DNA of 64,000 nucleotides from Squalus acanthias (taxonomy: Eukaryota): positions 248,001 through 312,000 of the forward strand of contig JASTWF010000330.1 of the NCBI GenBank assembly GCA_030390025.1, given 5' to 3'. This document shows, in pieces, positions 35,345 to 46,454 of this stretch. Every line of letters starts with the position of its first letter. The stretch's first letter is position 1. The notes below the pieces were generated by a model. That model was not told where the DNA came from and made no database searches. It saw only the letters and a list, made by a program, of their open reading frames with translations. The translations under genes and the position numbers were made by a program.

Positions 35345-36482
35345 TAATAACATAAGAACATAAGAAATAGGAGCAGGAGTAGGCCAATCGGCCCTTTGAG
35401 CCTGATCCGCCATTCAATAAGATCATGGCTGATCTGATCCTCACCTCAAATCTAAAGAACACAAGAAGTAGGAGCAGGACCAGGCCACTCAGCCCCTGGG
35501 CCCGCTCTGCCACCCACAGGCCCTCGACCGATTGGAACTCAGCCTCATGTCCAATTTCCTGCCCGCTCCCCGTAACCCCTAATTCCCTTTACTTCTAGGA
35601 AACTGTCTATTTCTGTTTTAAATTTATTTAATGATGTAGCTTCCACAGCTTCCTGGGGCAGCAAATTCCACAGACCTACTACCCTCTGAGTGAAGAAGTT
35701 TCTTCTCATCTCAGTTTTGAAAGAGAAGCCCCTTATTCTAAGATTATGCCCCCTAGTTCTAGTTTCACCCATCCTTGGGAACATCCTTACCGCATCCACC
35801 CGATCAAGCCCCTTCACAATCTTATATGTTTCAATAAGATCGCCTCTCACTCTTCTGAACTCCAATGAGTAGAGTCCCAATCTACTCAACCTTTCCTCAT
35901 ATGTCCAGCCCCCTCATCCCCGGGATTAACCGAGTGAACCTTCTTTGTACTGCCTTGAGAGCAAGTATGTATTTTCTTAAGTCTGGACACCAAAACTGTA
36001 TGCAGTACTCCAGGTGCGGTCTCACCAATACCTTATATAACTGCAGCAATACCTCCCTGTTTTTATAATCGATCCCCTTAGCAATAAAAGCCAACATTCC
36101 GTTGACCTTCTTGATCACCTGCTGCACCTGCATACTAACTTTTTGATTTTCTTGCACTAGGACCCCCAGATCCCTTTGTACTGCAGTACTTTCCAGTTTC
36201 TCGCCATTAAGATAATAACTTGCTCTCTGATTTTTCCAGCCAAAGTGCATAACCTCACATTTTCCACTATTGTATTGCATCTGCCAAATCACCGCCCACT
36301 CACCCAGCCTCTCTATATCCCCTTGTAGGTTTTTTATGTCCTCCTCACTTTCTACTTTCCCTCCCATCTTTGTATCATCTGCAAACTTTGATATGTTACA
36401 CTCGGTCCCCTCCTCCAAATCGTTAATATAGATTGTAAAGAGTTGGGGACCCAGCACCGACCCCTGCAGAACACCACTGGCT
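35345..36482 (-). mobile_element. CR1 LINE, 5'-truncated, inserted into the 44-bp array
   Basis: QGSVLGPQLFTIYINDL..KFADDTK..LVRPHLEYC..; (ttcttatg)n tail. Confidence 0.93.
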
Positions 36483-36841
36483 ACAGAAAGAGGTGGGCTC
36501 TACTTCTCTCCCTCACTGGGACCACAACAGATAGAGGTGAGTTCCACCTCCTTACATGTCCTTGATAAACACCAATTCCTTGACTCCAATCCCTCCTTGT
36601 TTCTCTGTTCACCCTCCAAACCCCCAATGATTAAGCCGCATGTGTTCCTGACCTGCCGACTCTCTCATCCAGGACCCTCTCCAGTCTCCCTGTATAGACC
36701 CCTTTCTCATATCCTAATACAGGACCTTACTGAGCCCAGTATCGGGACAGGAACAGCATTACACACACCCCTGAGTCCCTACCTAGCAAGTGACAAACTT
36801 CTGCGCTTGTTCTAAAAGTCCATTCATACCCAACTGCTTAC

Positions 36842-37115
36842 CAGAGTCTCCAAATGGAGGTGTCGCTGTGTGAGATGGAGTGGGCTCAGTTCACTGCACC
36901 CTCCTCAGTCTCAGGTATAATCTGCTGTGAGTGGTGTCGGACTCATTGACAGCTCATCCACCGTTACCAATCACATCGGGGACACGTGTGACTGGCGGCA
37001 GTGCTGGTTGGCTGACACATTATCATGTATAAATGATCCACAATATGGCGGAATCCATGCAAATTAAAGACGTTTAGTGAAATAACCTGAGCTAAACAAA
37101 CAAGTAAACATCGCT
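36842..37115 (-). promoter_or_regulatory. Candidate non-coding first exon and promoter of the D10C gene
   Basis: Unique sequence with a strong minus-strand donor CTG|GTAAGC (exon end 36842). Nearby are an octamer ATGCAAAT (37057-37064), a YY1-like CGCCATATT (-) and forkhead-like TAAACA/GTAAACA repeats near 37093-37110. The ATG exon has an acceptor, so an upstream exon is expected. Confidence 0.4.
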
Positions 37116-37490
37116 CCTGGGCCCATGGTAAGCAGCTGGGCGTTGGTGCTGTGACATAACTGGTTTTCAGCTGCCCAGCTTGAGGGAGATTGGAACTGGG
37201 GGAGGGTCTGAGCATGTTATGGACAGTAATGGGGAATGGGCTGTGTATATTGAACTTTAATGGACACTGAGTGTTAGAGAGAGAATATTCACTCACTCAC
37301 TCCCACATCAGTATTGGGAGATTGCTGGGACAGAGAAATAGGCAGAAGCAGAATGATCCAGCGAGGCTAACGGAAGAACACCTATCTTTATCTGACAGCA
37401 AAATACTGCGGATGCTGGAAATCCGAAATAACAACAGAAAACGCTGGAAAAACTCAGCAGGCCAGGCAGCATCCGTGGAGAGAGAAACAG

Positions 37491-37527
37491 AGTTAACGTT
37501 TCAGGTCGAAGACCTTTCGTCAGAACT
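37491..37527 (-). ncRNA. Minimal type I hammerhead ribozyme motif (Penelope-associated)
   Basis: AGTT-CTGACGA-A-AGGTC-TTC-GACCT-GAAA-CGTT-AACT: intact core, paired helices I and II, palindromic helix III. Confidence 0.7.
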
Positions 37528-38419
37528 GGAAATAAACAGGAAATGAAATAGATTTTAAAGCAAGTTTAGGGGCTGGGAATAGGGGGAGGGGATGAAAGAA
37601 CAAAAGGGAAGGTTCCCCTCTCGAAAGGTCATTCGTGAACCAGTGGGTTTTTACGACAATCCGATAGTTTCATGGTCCATAACTGATACTAGCTTTATTC
37701 CAGATTGATTTAATGAACTGAATTTAAATTCCCCAGCTGCCGTGGTGAGATTTGAACTCACGTCTCCAGATCATTAGTCGAGGCCTCTGGATTACTGGTC
37801 CAGTAACATAACCACTATGCTCCCGTACCCTTCTTGAACCGCTGGCGGCGGATCGAGATCACTGAGTGGCTACTTCAGGTCAGTTAAGATTCAGCCATGT
37901 TGGTGTGGGACTGGAGTCACATGTAGGCCAGACCGGGTAAGAATGGCCGGTTTCCTCCCCTGAGGGACAGTAATGGGCACTGAGTGTTGCAGAGAGAATA
38001 TACTATACATATACAATGGTCGATCAGTAACTGCCTCTGTTTTACAGACTGCACGAATCGTTCGCTAATTCACCCTCAGTGATGATTGACCTGAAATTTA
38101 GATGCAGAGACCATCGCAGCCCCTTTACTGTCCCAATGTTAGCGGGTGAGCAGCAGTCAGGGTCTCGGACATTGATATCTGGTCAGGTGCCTCACAATAT
38201 TGCGTGTTCTGGTTACACAAACACTCTCCCAGCTGTCGCTCTCCTCACTCTAGTTTGCATATGTTGCTGAATTTGTATCTGGCCTTCAGCAGATCTTATC
38301 TGCGCCTTTTTTTATGAAGAGTCCATTGTTCTCATTCTGTGAGCATCATCTGGCAAACACGCCATCGGTTTTTGGTTCAGTATTGGGCAGTGGGTTGCGT
38401 GTGTTCGGACTTTATACAG

Positions 38420-39210
38420 GAACTGGAGTAGGCCATTCGGCCCCTCGAGCCTGATCCGCCATTCATTTAGATCAGGGCTCGTCTGTATCTTAACTCCATC
38501 TACCCGCCTTGCTTTCATATCGCTCAATATCCTTACCGAACAAAAATCTATCAATCAGTTTTCTAATTTTCAATTCACCTCCCCGGGGCCCACTCCCCTG
38601 CCCCCCCACCCCCCTCCCCCTCTGGCTAAACAGCTCTTGGGTGAGAGTTTTCCAGATTTCTACAACCCTTTATGTGAAGAATGTCTTGGTGGCAGCACCC
38701 TGAACCGCCTAGCTCTAATGTTAAGGTTCTTTGTTCTGGACTCCGCCCACCAGAGGAAATTATTTCTCTCTACCGAACCGCTCAAATCCTTTAGTCATCT
38801 TAAACACCTCAATTAGATCACCCCTTCAATTTTCTACACTCCAGGGAATACAAGTCTAGTCTATGTAATCTGTCCTCATAACTTAACCTTTTAAACTCTG
38901 GTGTAATTCTTGTGAATCTGCTCTGCACCTCCTCCAAGGCCAATACATCCTTCCTGAGGTGCAGTACCCAGAACTGGAAGCAGAACTCCAGCTGGGATCT
39001 AACCAGAGCTTTATACAACTGCAGCATAAACTTACAGCCCTCTTGAGAGAAAGGACAACAGTCCATTGGCCTTTTTTAATTGTGTGTTCTAACGGTCCAC
39101 CAGTTTTTAGTACTCGGACCCTTGAATCTGTGCTCCTCCAGTTCCGAGCTTCTTAACATTTAGAAAATACGCTGCTCTGTCTATCTTAGGTCTGAAGTGG
39201 CTGACTTCAC
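38420..39210 (-). mobile_element. Degenerate CR1 3' fragment
   Basis: MLQLYKALVRSQLEFCFQFW..LRKDVLALEEVQSRFTR. Confidence 0.8.
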
Positions 39211-39584
39211 AGTTTCATGGTCACTGAGTGTTAGAGAGAGAATGTTCACAGGATGAATCCCTCCCATATCAGTACTGGGTCCGTATTGGGCGACGGTCTA
39301 TCAGTAACTCCCTCAGTGTACAGACTGCACGAACCCTTTGGTAAATGCACCCTCGGTGATGGTTGCCTCTAATTTTAAATATAGAAACCATCGCAACAAA
39401 GCCAACTGGGATTTAAAATAGTAAAACGTGCCAAAGCGCTTCACAGGAGCCTCAGGAGATAAACATTTGCAGAAATTCAGTTAAAAGGAGACATTTGGAA
39501 AAGTCTCCACTGGCTGGAGTCATACCTGGCACAACGGAAGATGGTTGTGGTGGTTGGAGGTCAATCATCACAGCCCCAGGACAG

Positions 39585-40186
39585 AAGAATATGAGAAATA
39601 GGAGCAGGAGTCGGCCATTCGGCCCCCTTCGAGACTGCTCTGCCATTCAATAAGATCATGGCTGATCTTCTACCTCAACTCCACTTTCCTGAACTATCCC
39701 CATATCACTTGATCCCCTTAATATTCACAAATCTATCGATCTCTGTCTTGAATATACTCAACGACTGAGCCTCCACAGCCCTCTGGGGTAGAGAATTCCA
39801 AAGATTCACCACCCTCTGAGTGAAGAAATGTCTCCTCATCTCAGTCCTAAATGGCCGATCCCTTATTCTGAAACTGTGACCCCTGGTTCTAGACTCCCCT
39901 GCCCGGGAGACATCCTCCCTGCATCTGCCCTGTCAAGCCCTGTAATAAATTTGTATGTTTCAATGAGATCACCTCTCATTCTTCTAAACTCTAGAGAATA
40001 TAGGCCTATTGTATTCAATCTGTCCTCATAGGACAATCCCCCCCATCCCAGGAACCAGTCTGGTGAACCTTCGTTGCACTCCCTCTATGGCAAGTATATC
40101 CTTCCTTAGGTAAGGAGGCCAAAACTGTACACAATGCTCCAGGTGTGGTCTCACCAGGGCCCTATATAATTGCAGTAAGATGTCTT
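39585..40186 (-). mobile_element. CR1 3' fragment inserted into another LINE
   Basis: Reverse strand reads LVRPHLEHCVQFW..LRKDILAIEGVQRRFTR; typical CR1 3'UTR. Confidence 0.85.
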
Positions 40187-40945
40187 GTAGGACATCACTG
40201 TAGGAGTTCCTCAGGGCAGTGCCCTAGGTCCAACTATCCTCAGCTGCTTCATCAATGACCTTCCCTCCATCGTAAGGTCAGAACTGGGAGTGTTCGGTGA
40301 TGACTGCACAGTGTTCAGCGCCATTCACAACTCCTCAGATAATGAAGCAGTCCATGCCCGCATGCAGCAAGACCCGGACAACATCCAGGCTTGGGTTGAT
40401 AAGAGGCAAGTAACATTCGCACCACACGAGTGGCAGGAAATGACCATCTCCAGTAAGAGAGAGTCTAACCACCTCCCCTTGACATTCAATGCCATTACCA
40501 TCGCCGAATTCCCAACCATCAACATCCTGAGGGTCACAAGTGACCAGAAATTCAACTGGACCAGCCACATATTGCCGTGGCTACTAGAGCAGGTCAGAGG
40601 CTGGTTATTCTGCGGTGAGTGTCTCACCTCCTGACTCCCCAAAACCTTTCCACCATCTACAAGGCACAAGTAAAGAGTGTATGGAATACTCTCCATTTGC
40701 CTGGATGTGTGCAGCTGCAACAACACTCAAGAAGCTCGACACCATCCGGGACAAAGCAGTCCACTTGATCAACAGCCCATCCAGCACCTTAACCATGAAC
40801 CGCATCCACCAGCGGTGCACCGTGGTTGCATTGCGTCCTATCTACAGGATGCATGACAGCAACTTGTCAAGGCTTCTTTAACAGCACTTCCCAAATCCGC
40901 GAACTCCACCACCTAGAAGGTCAAGAGCAGCAGTTGCATGGGAAC
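40187..40945 (+). mobile_element. Degenerate CR1/L2-clade LINE RT fragment
   Basis: GVPQGSALGPTILSCFINDL..FGDDCT..MEYSPFAWM.AA.TTLKKLDTI; a related copy lies at 61860-62160 (-). Confidence 0.8.
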
Positions 40946-41794
40946 ATCGGAACAGGAGCAGGCCATTCAGCCCCTCGAGCCTGTTCCACCGTTCAATGAG
41001 ATCATGGCTGATCTGTCTCCTCCCTCCATGCACTGTTGGTCCCATCATTCACTAAGGTCCCAAATGCCCATTATCAGCTCGCACATCCAGCAAGTTACGG
41101 AGCAAATTTTTATTCCAGTTGAAGGGTGAGGGGAACAGGTCGAAGTAACGGCGGAATGTCCCCGCTCCAGCAAGATTTGGGCCAGTATTTCAGTGAGCGA
41201 GTGGTTAATCTATGGAACAGGCTCCCGAAGGCAAATTCAAAGGCAAATGAGATAGATTGCCCTCAGGGATACAGTACATGAGTCATTGGAGACACGGCAT
41301 GTGGTGAGGTTAGCAGGCTAGGGAGGAGCAGCTGACTTTGGACCTATACAACAACAACTTGTATTTATTTAGCGTCTTTCACAGCAGTAAAAGGAATCGA
41401 GGCCATTCACAGGAGCGTTATCAAATGCAGTTTGACACCAAACCACGGAAGCAGCTATTAGAGCAGTTGGCCATAAGCTTGGTCAAGCACGTAGCTTTTA
41501 AGGAGCATCTTAAAGGAGGAGAGAGGTAGAGAGGCGGCGAAGGCCAAGGCAGCTGAAGGTACGGCCGGCAACGATGGAGCCATTAAAATCGGGGGGTGCG
41601 CAAGAGGCCAGAATTGGAGGAACGCCGATGCCGTTTGTGCGAAGCAAATGGCGGGGAAGCGTAAATAGAGCAGCAAGTTTGGGAGTTTCGCAACTCATGC
41701 CAAGCAGTTCACCCCCTGAACCTGCTGGCTGATTTGTTGAGAGTTTGTTCCAGTCCCCAGTGGCGTTGTGGGAGTTTGTACCGGACCGGCCCCT

Positions 41795-42130
41795 AGTGAG
41801 TGAGTGAGCGAGTGAGTGTGGCTGTAAATGTGGCAGCTTGTGTTGCAGGGCAGGGGGTGGGGCGGGGCCAGACACAGAGCGCGCCAAAAGGACCAACGCT
41901 CATGGACTGGAAGAGAGAGACACTGGCGGCTGCTGCTGCAGGCTGCAATATCCTCAGCCCAGCTCGGTGCTGTGTGAGCGAGCTTGTGAGTGAGTCTGTG
42001 TGAGTGAGTGTGTGTGCAGCTGCTCTCTGTCTCCCCCCCTGCATTCTCCCCTTTGCAAAGTCTACAGTGGAGGGGGGAGCAGGCAGGCAGGAAGGGTGAA
42101 AAACAGTCAATCCAATCAAGAATAAGTGAG
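41795..42130 (+). promoter_or_regulatory. Promoter-like unique region with a GC box; gene unknown
   Basis: GGGGCGGGGC near 41858-41867, followed by GC-rich 5'UTR-like sequence and a weak donor-like GTGAG near 42126; no coding match recognised. Confidence 0.35.
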
Positions 42131-42324
42131 GATACTGGACCTTTTAAAATTAAATCTCTGCCTGCCTGTCTGTCTTGATTTGAGTGAAGTGGAGTGGAAA
42201 AAAATCAAAAAGCATGGCAAGATCCCACAGCAGCTTTTGCTCTGAAAGGCGCCACAAAGCCTTCCCCAATAAAGCCCACTTCAGAAAAAAATCCCATTTA
42301 TTTCTGATTCTGAAAAAAATTATA

Positions 42325-42634
42325 CAGGAAACTCTATTAACCGGCACCCAAATATCTGGAAATCTCTCTTAACCGGCAAAATTCTTGAGTAGGTAACCGG
42401 GGTTTTCCTTCATCTCTCGTTTAAGATTAACTTTTTAAAAAACCCCGAGGCGTTTGCCTTGTATCGGAGCGTGTAGATTGGGAGGGGAATGTGCAGCCCG
42501 GGTAGGCAGCGGACACGACAGATGGGGAGACGGAGCTCTCGTACGTTGGGAGATATAACTCTCCGTTATCCGGACTTTTTGATTAACCGGCACCACGCCG
42601 GTCCCGTCGGTGCCGGTTAATAAAGAGTTTCCTG
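42325..42634. mobile_element. Tc1/mariner (Tigger/pogo-like) MITE
   Basis: TIRs caggaaactc(tt)tattaaccggcacc / ggtgccggttaataaagagtttcctg, TA on both sides, internal ttaaccggca repeats. Confidence 0.85.
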
Positions 42635-43380
42635 TATATATATTATAATATATGTATATAATACTTTGTCTTTGACAAAAAGTGTTGTCTTGTCTTGGAT
42701 TTGAAAATTAGAGCACAGCAGGATCCCACAGTAGGCCATCATGTCAGACAGTCCACCAGACAGTCCCAGGTGAAATCCCCATCTTTTCAGGTACTTTACT
42801 TTTCTTTCTCGCAGACTTGTCAAGAAAGGCAGAGTAAGATCCCGCAGCAGCTTCTGCTGTCAGGCAGACCCCAGTGACATCAGCAGGTTTTAAAAGTTGC
42901 TTATTTTTGCTTTTTTCCTGACATGACATAAAAGGCACAGTAAGATGCGGCAGCAGCTTTTGCTGTCCCGACACACATTTCCACGCAGCCGTCAATCAAA
43001 TCAACAGCACTTAACAGTGCAGACGTAGCTCTTCCACACAGGTACAGCACAGACAAGCCTACAGATACACACACACAACTTTTGCTGTCCCTCACATACT
43101 CACCCTCTCACAGTAACATTACGCACACAAAACCACATTCACTCTCTCTCTCTCACACACACACAAACAAACTTCATTTCATGAGCCGAAGACAGATTTC
43201 CGCCATTTCCAGCCATTTTATTTTAAACGCTTGCGGCTTCCCTAAAAAGCTGCATTTGAATTTTTGACCATTAAAAGCAACATTGACACTCAGTTCATGT
43301 CAAAAGGCAAATTGTGCAACTTTAAACATAAATGAGAAGTCGCACAACACCAGGTTATAGTCCAACAGATTTATTTAAAA

Positions 43381-43418
43381 TTACAAGCTTTCGGAGCTAT
43401 CGCCCCTTCATCAGGTAA
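43381..43418 (-). ncRNA. Minimal type I hammerhead ribozyme motif (Penelope-associated)
   Basis: TTAC-CTGATGA-A-GGGGC-GATA-GCTCC-GAAA-GCTT-GTAA. Confidence 0.7.
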
Positions 43419-43532
43419 AGGTACAATGAGGGAATCTGCAGTATTACACAGTATATAAACACAGAAAGCAATTTGTCTGCAGTCTGTGTTTATATACTGT
43501 GTAATACTGTAGATTCCCTCACTGTACCTTTA

Positions 43533-45988
43533 CATAGAAACATAGAACAGTACAGCACAGTACAGGCCCTTCGGCCCTCGATGTTGTGCCGAGCATTGTC
43601 CGAAACCAAGATCAAGCTATCCCACTCCCTATCACTCTGGTGTGCTCCATGTGCTTATCCAATAACCGCTTGAAAGTTCCTAAAGTGTCCGACTCCACTA
43701 TCACAGCAGGCAGTCCATTCCACACCCCAACCACTCTGAGTAAAGAATCTACCTCGGACATCCCTTCTATATCTCCCCCCATGCACCTTATAGTTATGCC
43801 CCCTTGTAACAGCTACATCCACCCGAGGAAATAGTCTCTGAACATCCACTCTATCTATCCCCCTCATCAACTTATAAACCTCTATTAAGTCGCCTCTCAT
43901 CCTCCTCCGCTCTAAAGAGAAAAGCCCCAACTCCCTCAATCTTTCCTCATAAGACCTCCCCCCCAAACCAGGCAGCATCCTGGTAAATCTCCTCTGCACT
44001 CTTTCCAATGCTTCCACGTCCTTCCTATAGTGAGGTGACCAGAACTGCACACAATATTCCAAATGTGGTCTCACCAAGGTCCTGTACAGTTGCAGCATAA
44101 CCTCACGGTTCTTAAACTCAAACCCCTTGTTAATAAACGCCAACACACCATAGGCCTTCTTTACTGCTCTATCCACTTGAGTGCCAACCTTCAGAGATCT
44201 GTGGATATGAACCCCCAGATCCCTCTGTTCCTCCACGTTCCTCAGAACCTTGCCGTTGACCCTGTAATCCTTATTCAAATTTGCCCTACCAAAATGAATC
44301 ACCTCGCACTTATCAGGGTTAAATTCCATCTGCCATTTTTCGGCCCAGCTCTGCATCCTATCAATGTCTCTTTGCAGTCTACAACAGCCCTCCACCTCAT
44401 CCACTACTCCACCAATCTTGGTGTCATCAGCAAATTTACTGATCCCCCCTTCAGTCCCCTCCTCCAAGTCATTGATAAAAATCACAAACAGCAGAGGACC
44501 CAGCACCGACCCCTGTGGCACACCGCTGGCAACTGGTCTCCAGTCCGAAAATTTTCCATCCACCACCACCCTCTGCCTTCTATGAGATAGCCAGTTACCT
44601 ATCCAATCGGCCAAATTTCCCTCTATCCCACAACTCCTTACTTTCTTCATGAGCCGACCATGGGGAACCTTATCAAACGCCTTACTAAAATCCATGTATA
44701 CGACATCAACTGCTCTACCTTCATCGACACACTTAGTTACCTCCTCAAAGAATTCAATCAAATTTGTTAGGCAAGACTTACCCTTCACGAATCCGTGTTG
44801 ACTATCCCTGATTAAGTTGCCTCTTTCCAAATGGTCATAAAACCTATCCCTCAGGACCTTTTCCATTATCTTACCAACCACCGAAGTAAGACTAACCGGT
44901 CTATAATTACCAGGGTCATTCCTATTTCCTTTCTTGAAGAGAGGAACAACATTCGCCACTCTCCAGTCCTCTGGCACCATCCCCGTGGACAGTGAGGACC
45001 CAAAGATCAAAGCCAAAGGCTCTGCAATCTCCTCCCTTGCCTCCCAAAGAATCCTAGGATATATCCCATCTGGCCCAGGGGACTTATCGACCCTCAGGTT
45101 CTTCAAAATTGCTAAAACATCTTCCCTCAGAACATCTACCTCCTCCAGCCTATCCACCTTTATCACACTCTCATCCTCAGGAACATGGCCCCTCTCCTCA
45201 GTGAACACTGACGAAAAGTATTCATTCATCACCTCTCCTATCTCTTCTGACTCCATGCACAAGTTCCCACTACTGTCCTTGACCGGCCCTACCCTCACCC
45301 TGGTCATTCTTTTATTTCTCACATAAGACTAAAAAGCCTTGGGGTTTATCTTGATCCGACCCGCCAAGGACTTCTCATGCCCCCTCCTAGCTCTCCTAAG
45401 CTCTTTTTTTAGCTCATTCCTTGCTACCTTGTACCCCTCAATCAACCCAACTGAACCTTGTTTTCTCATCCTTACATACGCTTCCTTTTTCCTCTTAGAA
45501 ACATAGAAACATAGAAACATAGACTAGACATTCAACCTCTTTTGTGAACCATGGTTCTCTCACTCGGCCATTTCCTCCCTGCCTGACAGGCACATACCTA
45601 TCGAGGACACGCAGTAATTGCTCCATGAAAAAGGTCCACTTTTCGTTTGTGCCTTTCCCTGATAGTTTCTGTTCCCATCTTATGCTCCCTAATTCTTGCC
45701 TAATCGCATCATAATTACCCCTCCCCCAATTATAAACCCTGCCCTGCCGTATGGCCCTATCCCTCTCCATTGCAATAGTGAAAGTCACCGAATTGTGGTC
45801 ACTATCTCCAAAGTGCTCTCCCACATACAAATCAAACACTTGGCCCGGTTCATTACCCAGTACCAAATCCAATGTGGCCCCACCTCTTGTCGGCCTATCC
45901 ACATATTGTGTCAGGAAACCCTTCTGCACACACTGTGCAAAAACTATCCCATCCGAACTGTTTGACCTATAAAGGTTCCAATCAATAT
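43533..45988 (-). mobile_element. CR1 LINE, ~2.5 kb of ORF2 (end of endonuclease domain + RT), relatively young
   Basis: ORF 43655..45322 (555 aa) has KSPGPDG, NYRPVSLTS, DFSKAFDKV, GVPQGSVLGP and FADD; 45495..45929 has LDLVL..SDHN; (tttctatg)n tail. Confidence 0.97.
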
Positions 45989-46359
45989 TTACCTGAGGAA
46001 GGGGAGACAGCTCCGAAAGCTTGTCATTTTAAATAAATCTGTTGGACTATAACCTGGTGTTGTGTGACTTCTCATTTTTGTCCACCCCAGTCCAACTCCG
46101 CATCATGAACTTTAAACATTGCAGCCTTGAAAAACAGGCTGTCCCTTCTGCATCTTGTCTTGTCCCCAATCAAATCTAACGCAGTTTAAAAGCAAAAATC
46201 ACTTTTCAGTATCTTATCTTTTTATTTTGCGGCCTACAGAAACAGGCTTTATAGTCTGCATCAAAAGCAAAATACTGCGGGCGGATGCTGGAATCAAAAC
46301 AGAAAATGCTGGAAATATTCAACAGGTCGGGCAGCATCTGTGGAGGGAGGGAGGGAGAT

Positions 46360-46393
<34 letters not shown>

Positions 46394-46454
46394 CAAGAGA
46401 AACAGAGTTAACGTTTCACGCCGATGATCTTTCATCAGATTCTGTCAAGGTTCT

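Larger units (their letters stand above)
43330..46107. mobile_element. Palindromic Penelope-derived element with a 12-bp TSD, split by a CR1
   Basis: aactttaaacat at 43318-43329 and 46108-46119. The left arm (43330-43470) is inverted relative to 43482-43532 plus 45989-46077. The arms resemble the 3' end of the Penelope element at 25885-25975. Confidence 0.85.

Noticed and set aside
43655..45322. 555-aa reverse transcriptase as a host gene or prokaryote-type RT system
   Set aside because: Ordinary 5'-truncated CR1 ORF2 with disruptions and a microsatellite tail.
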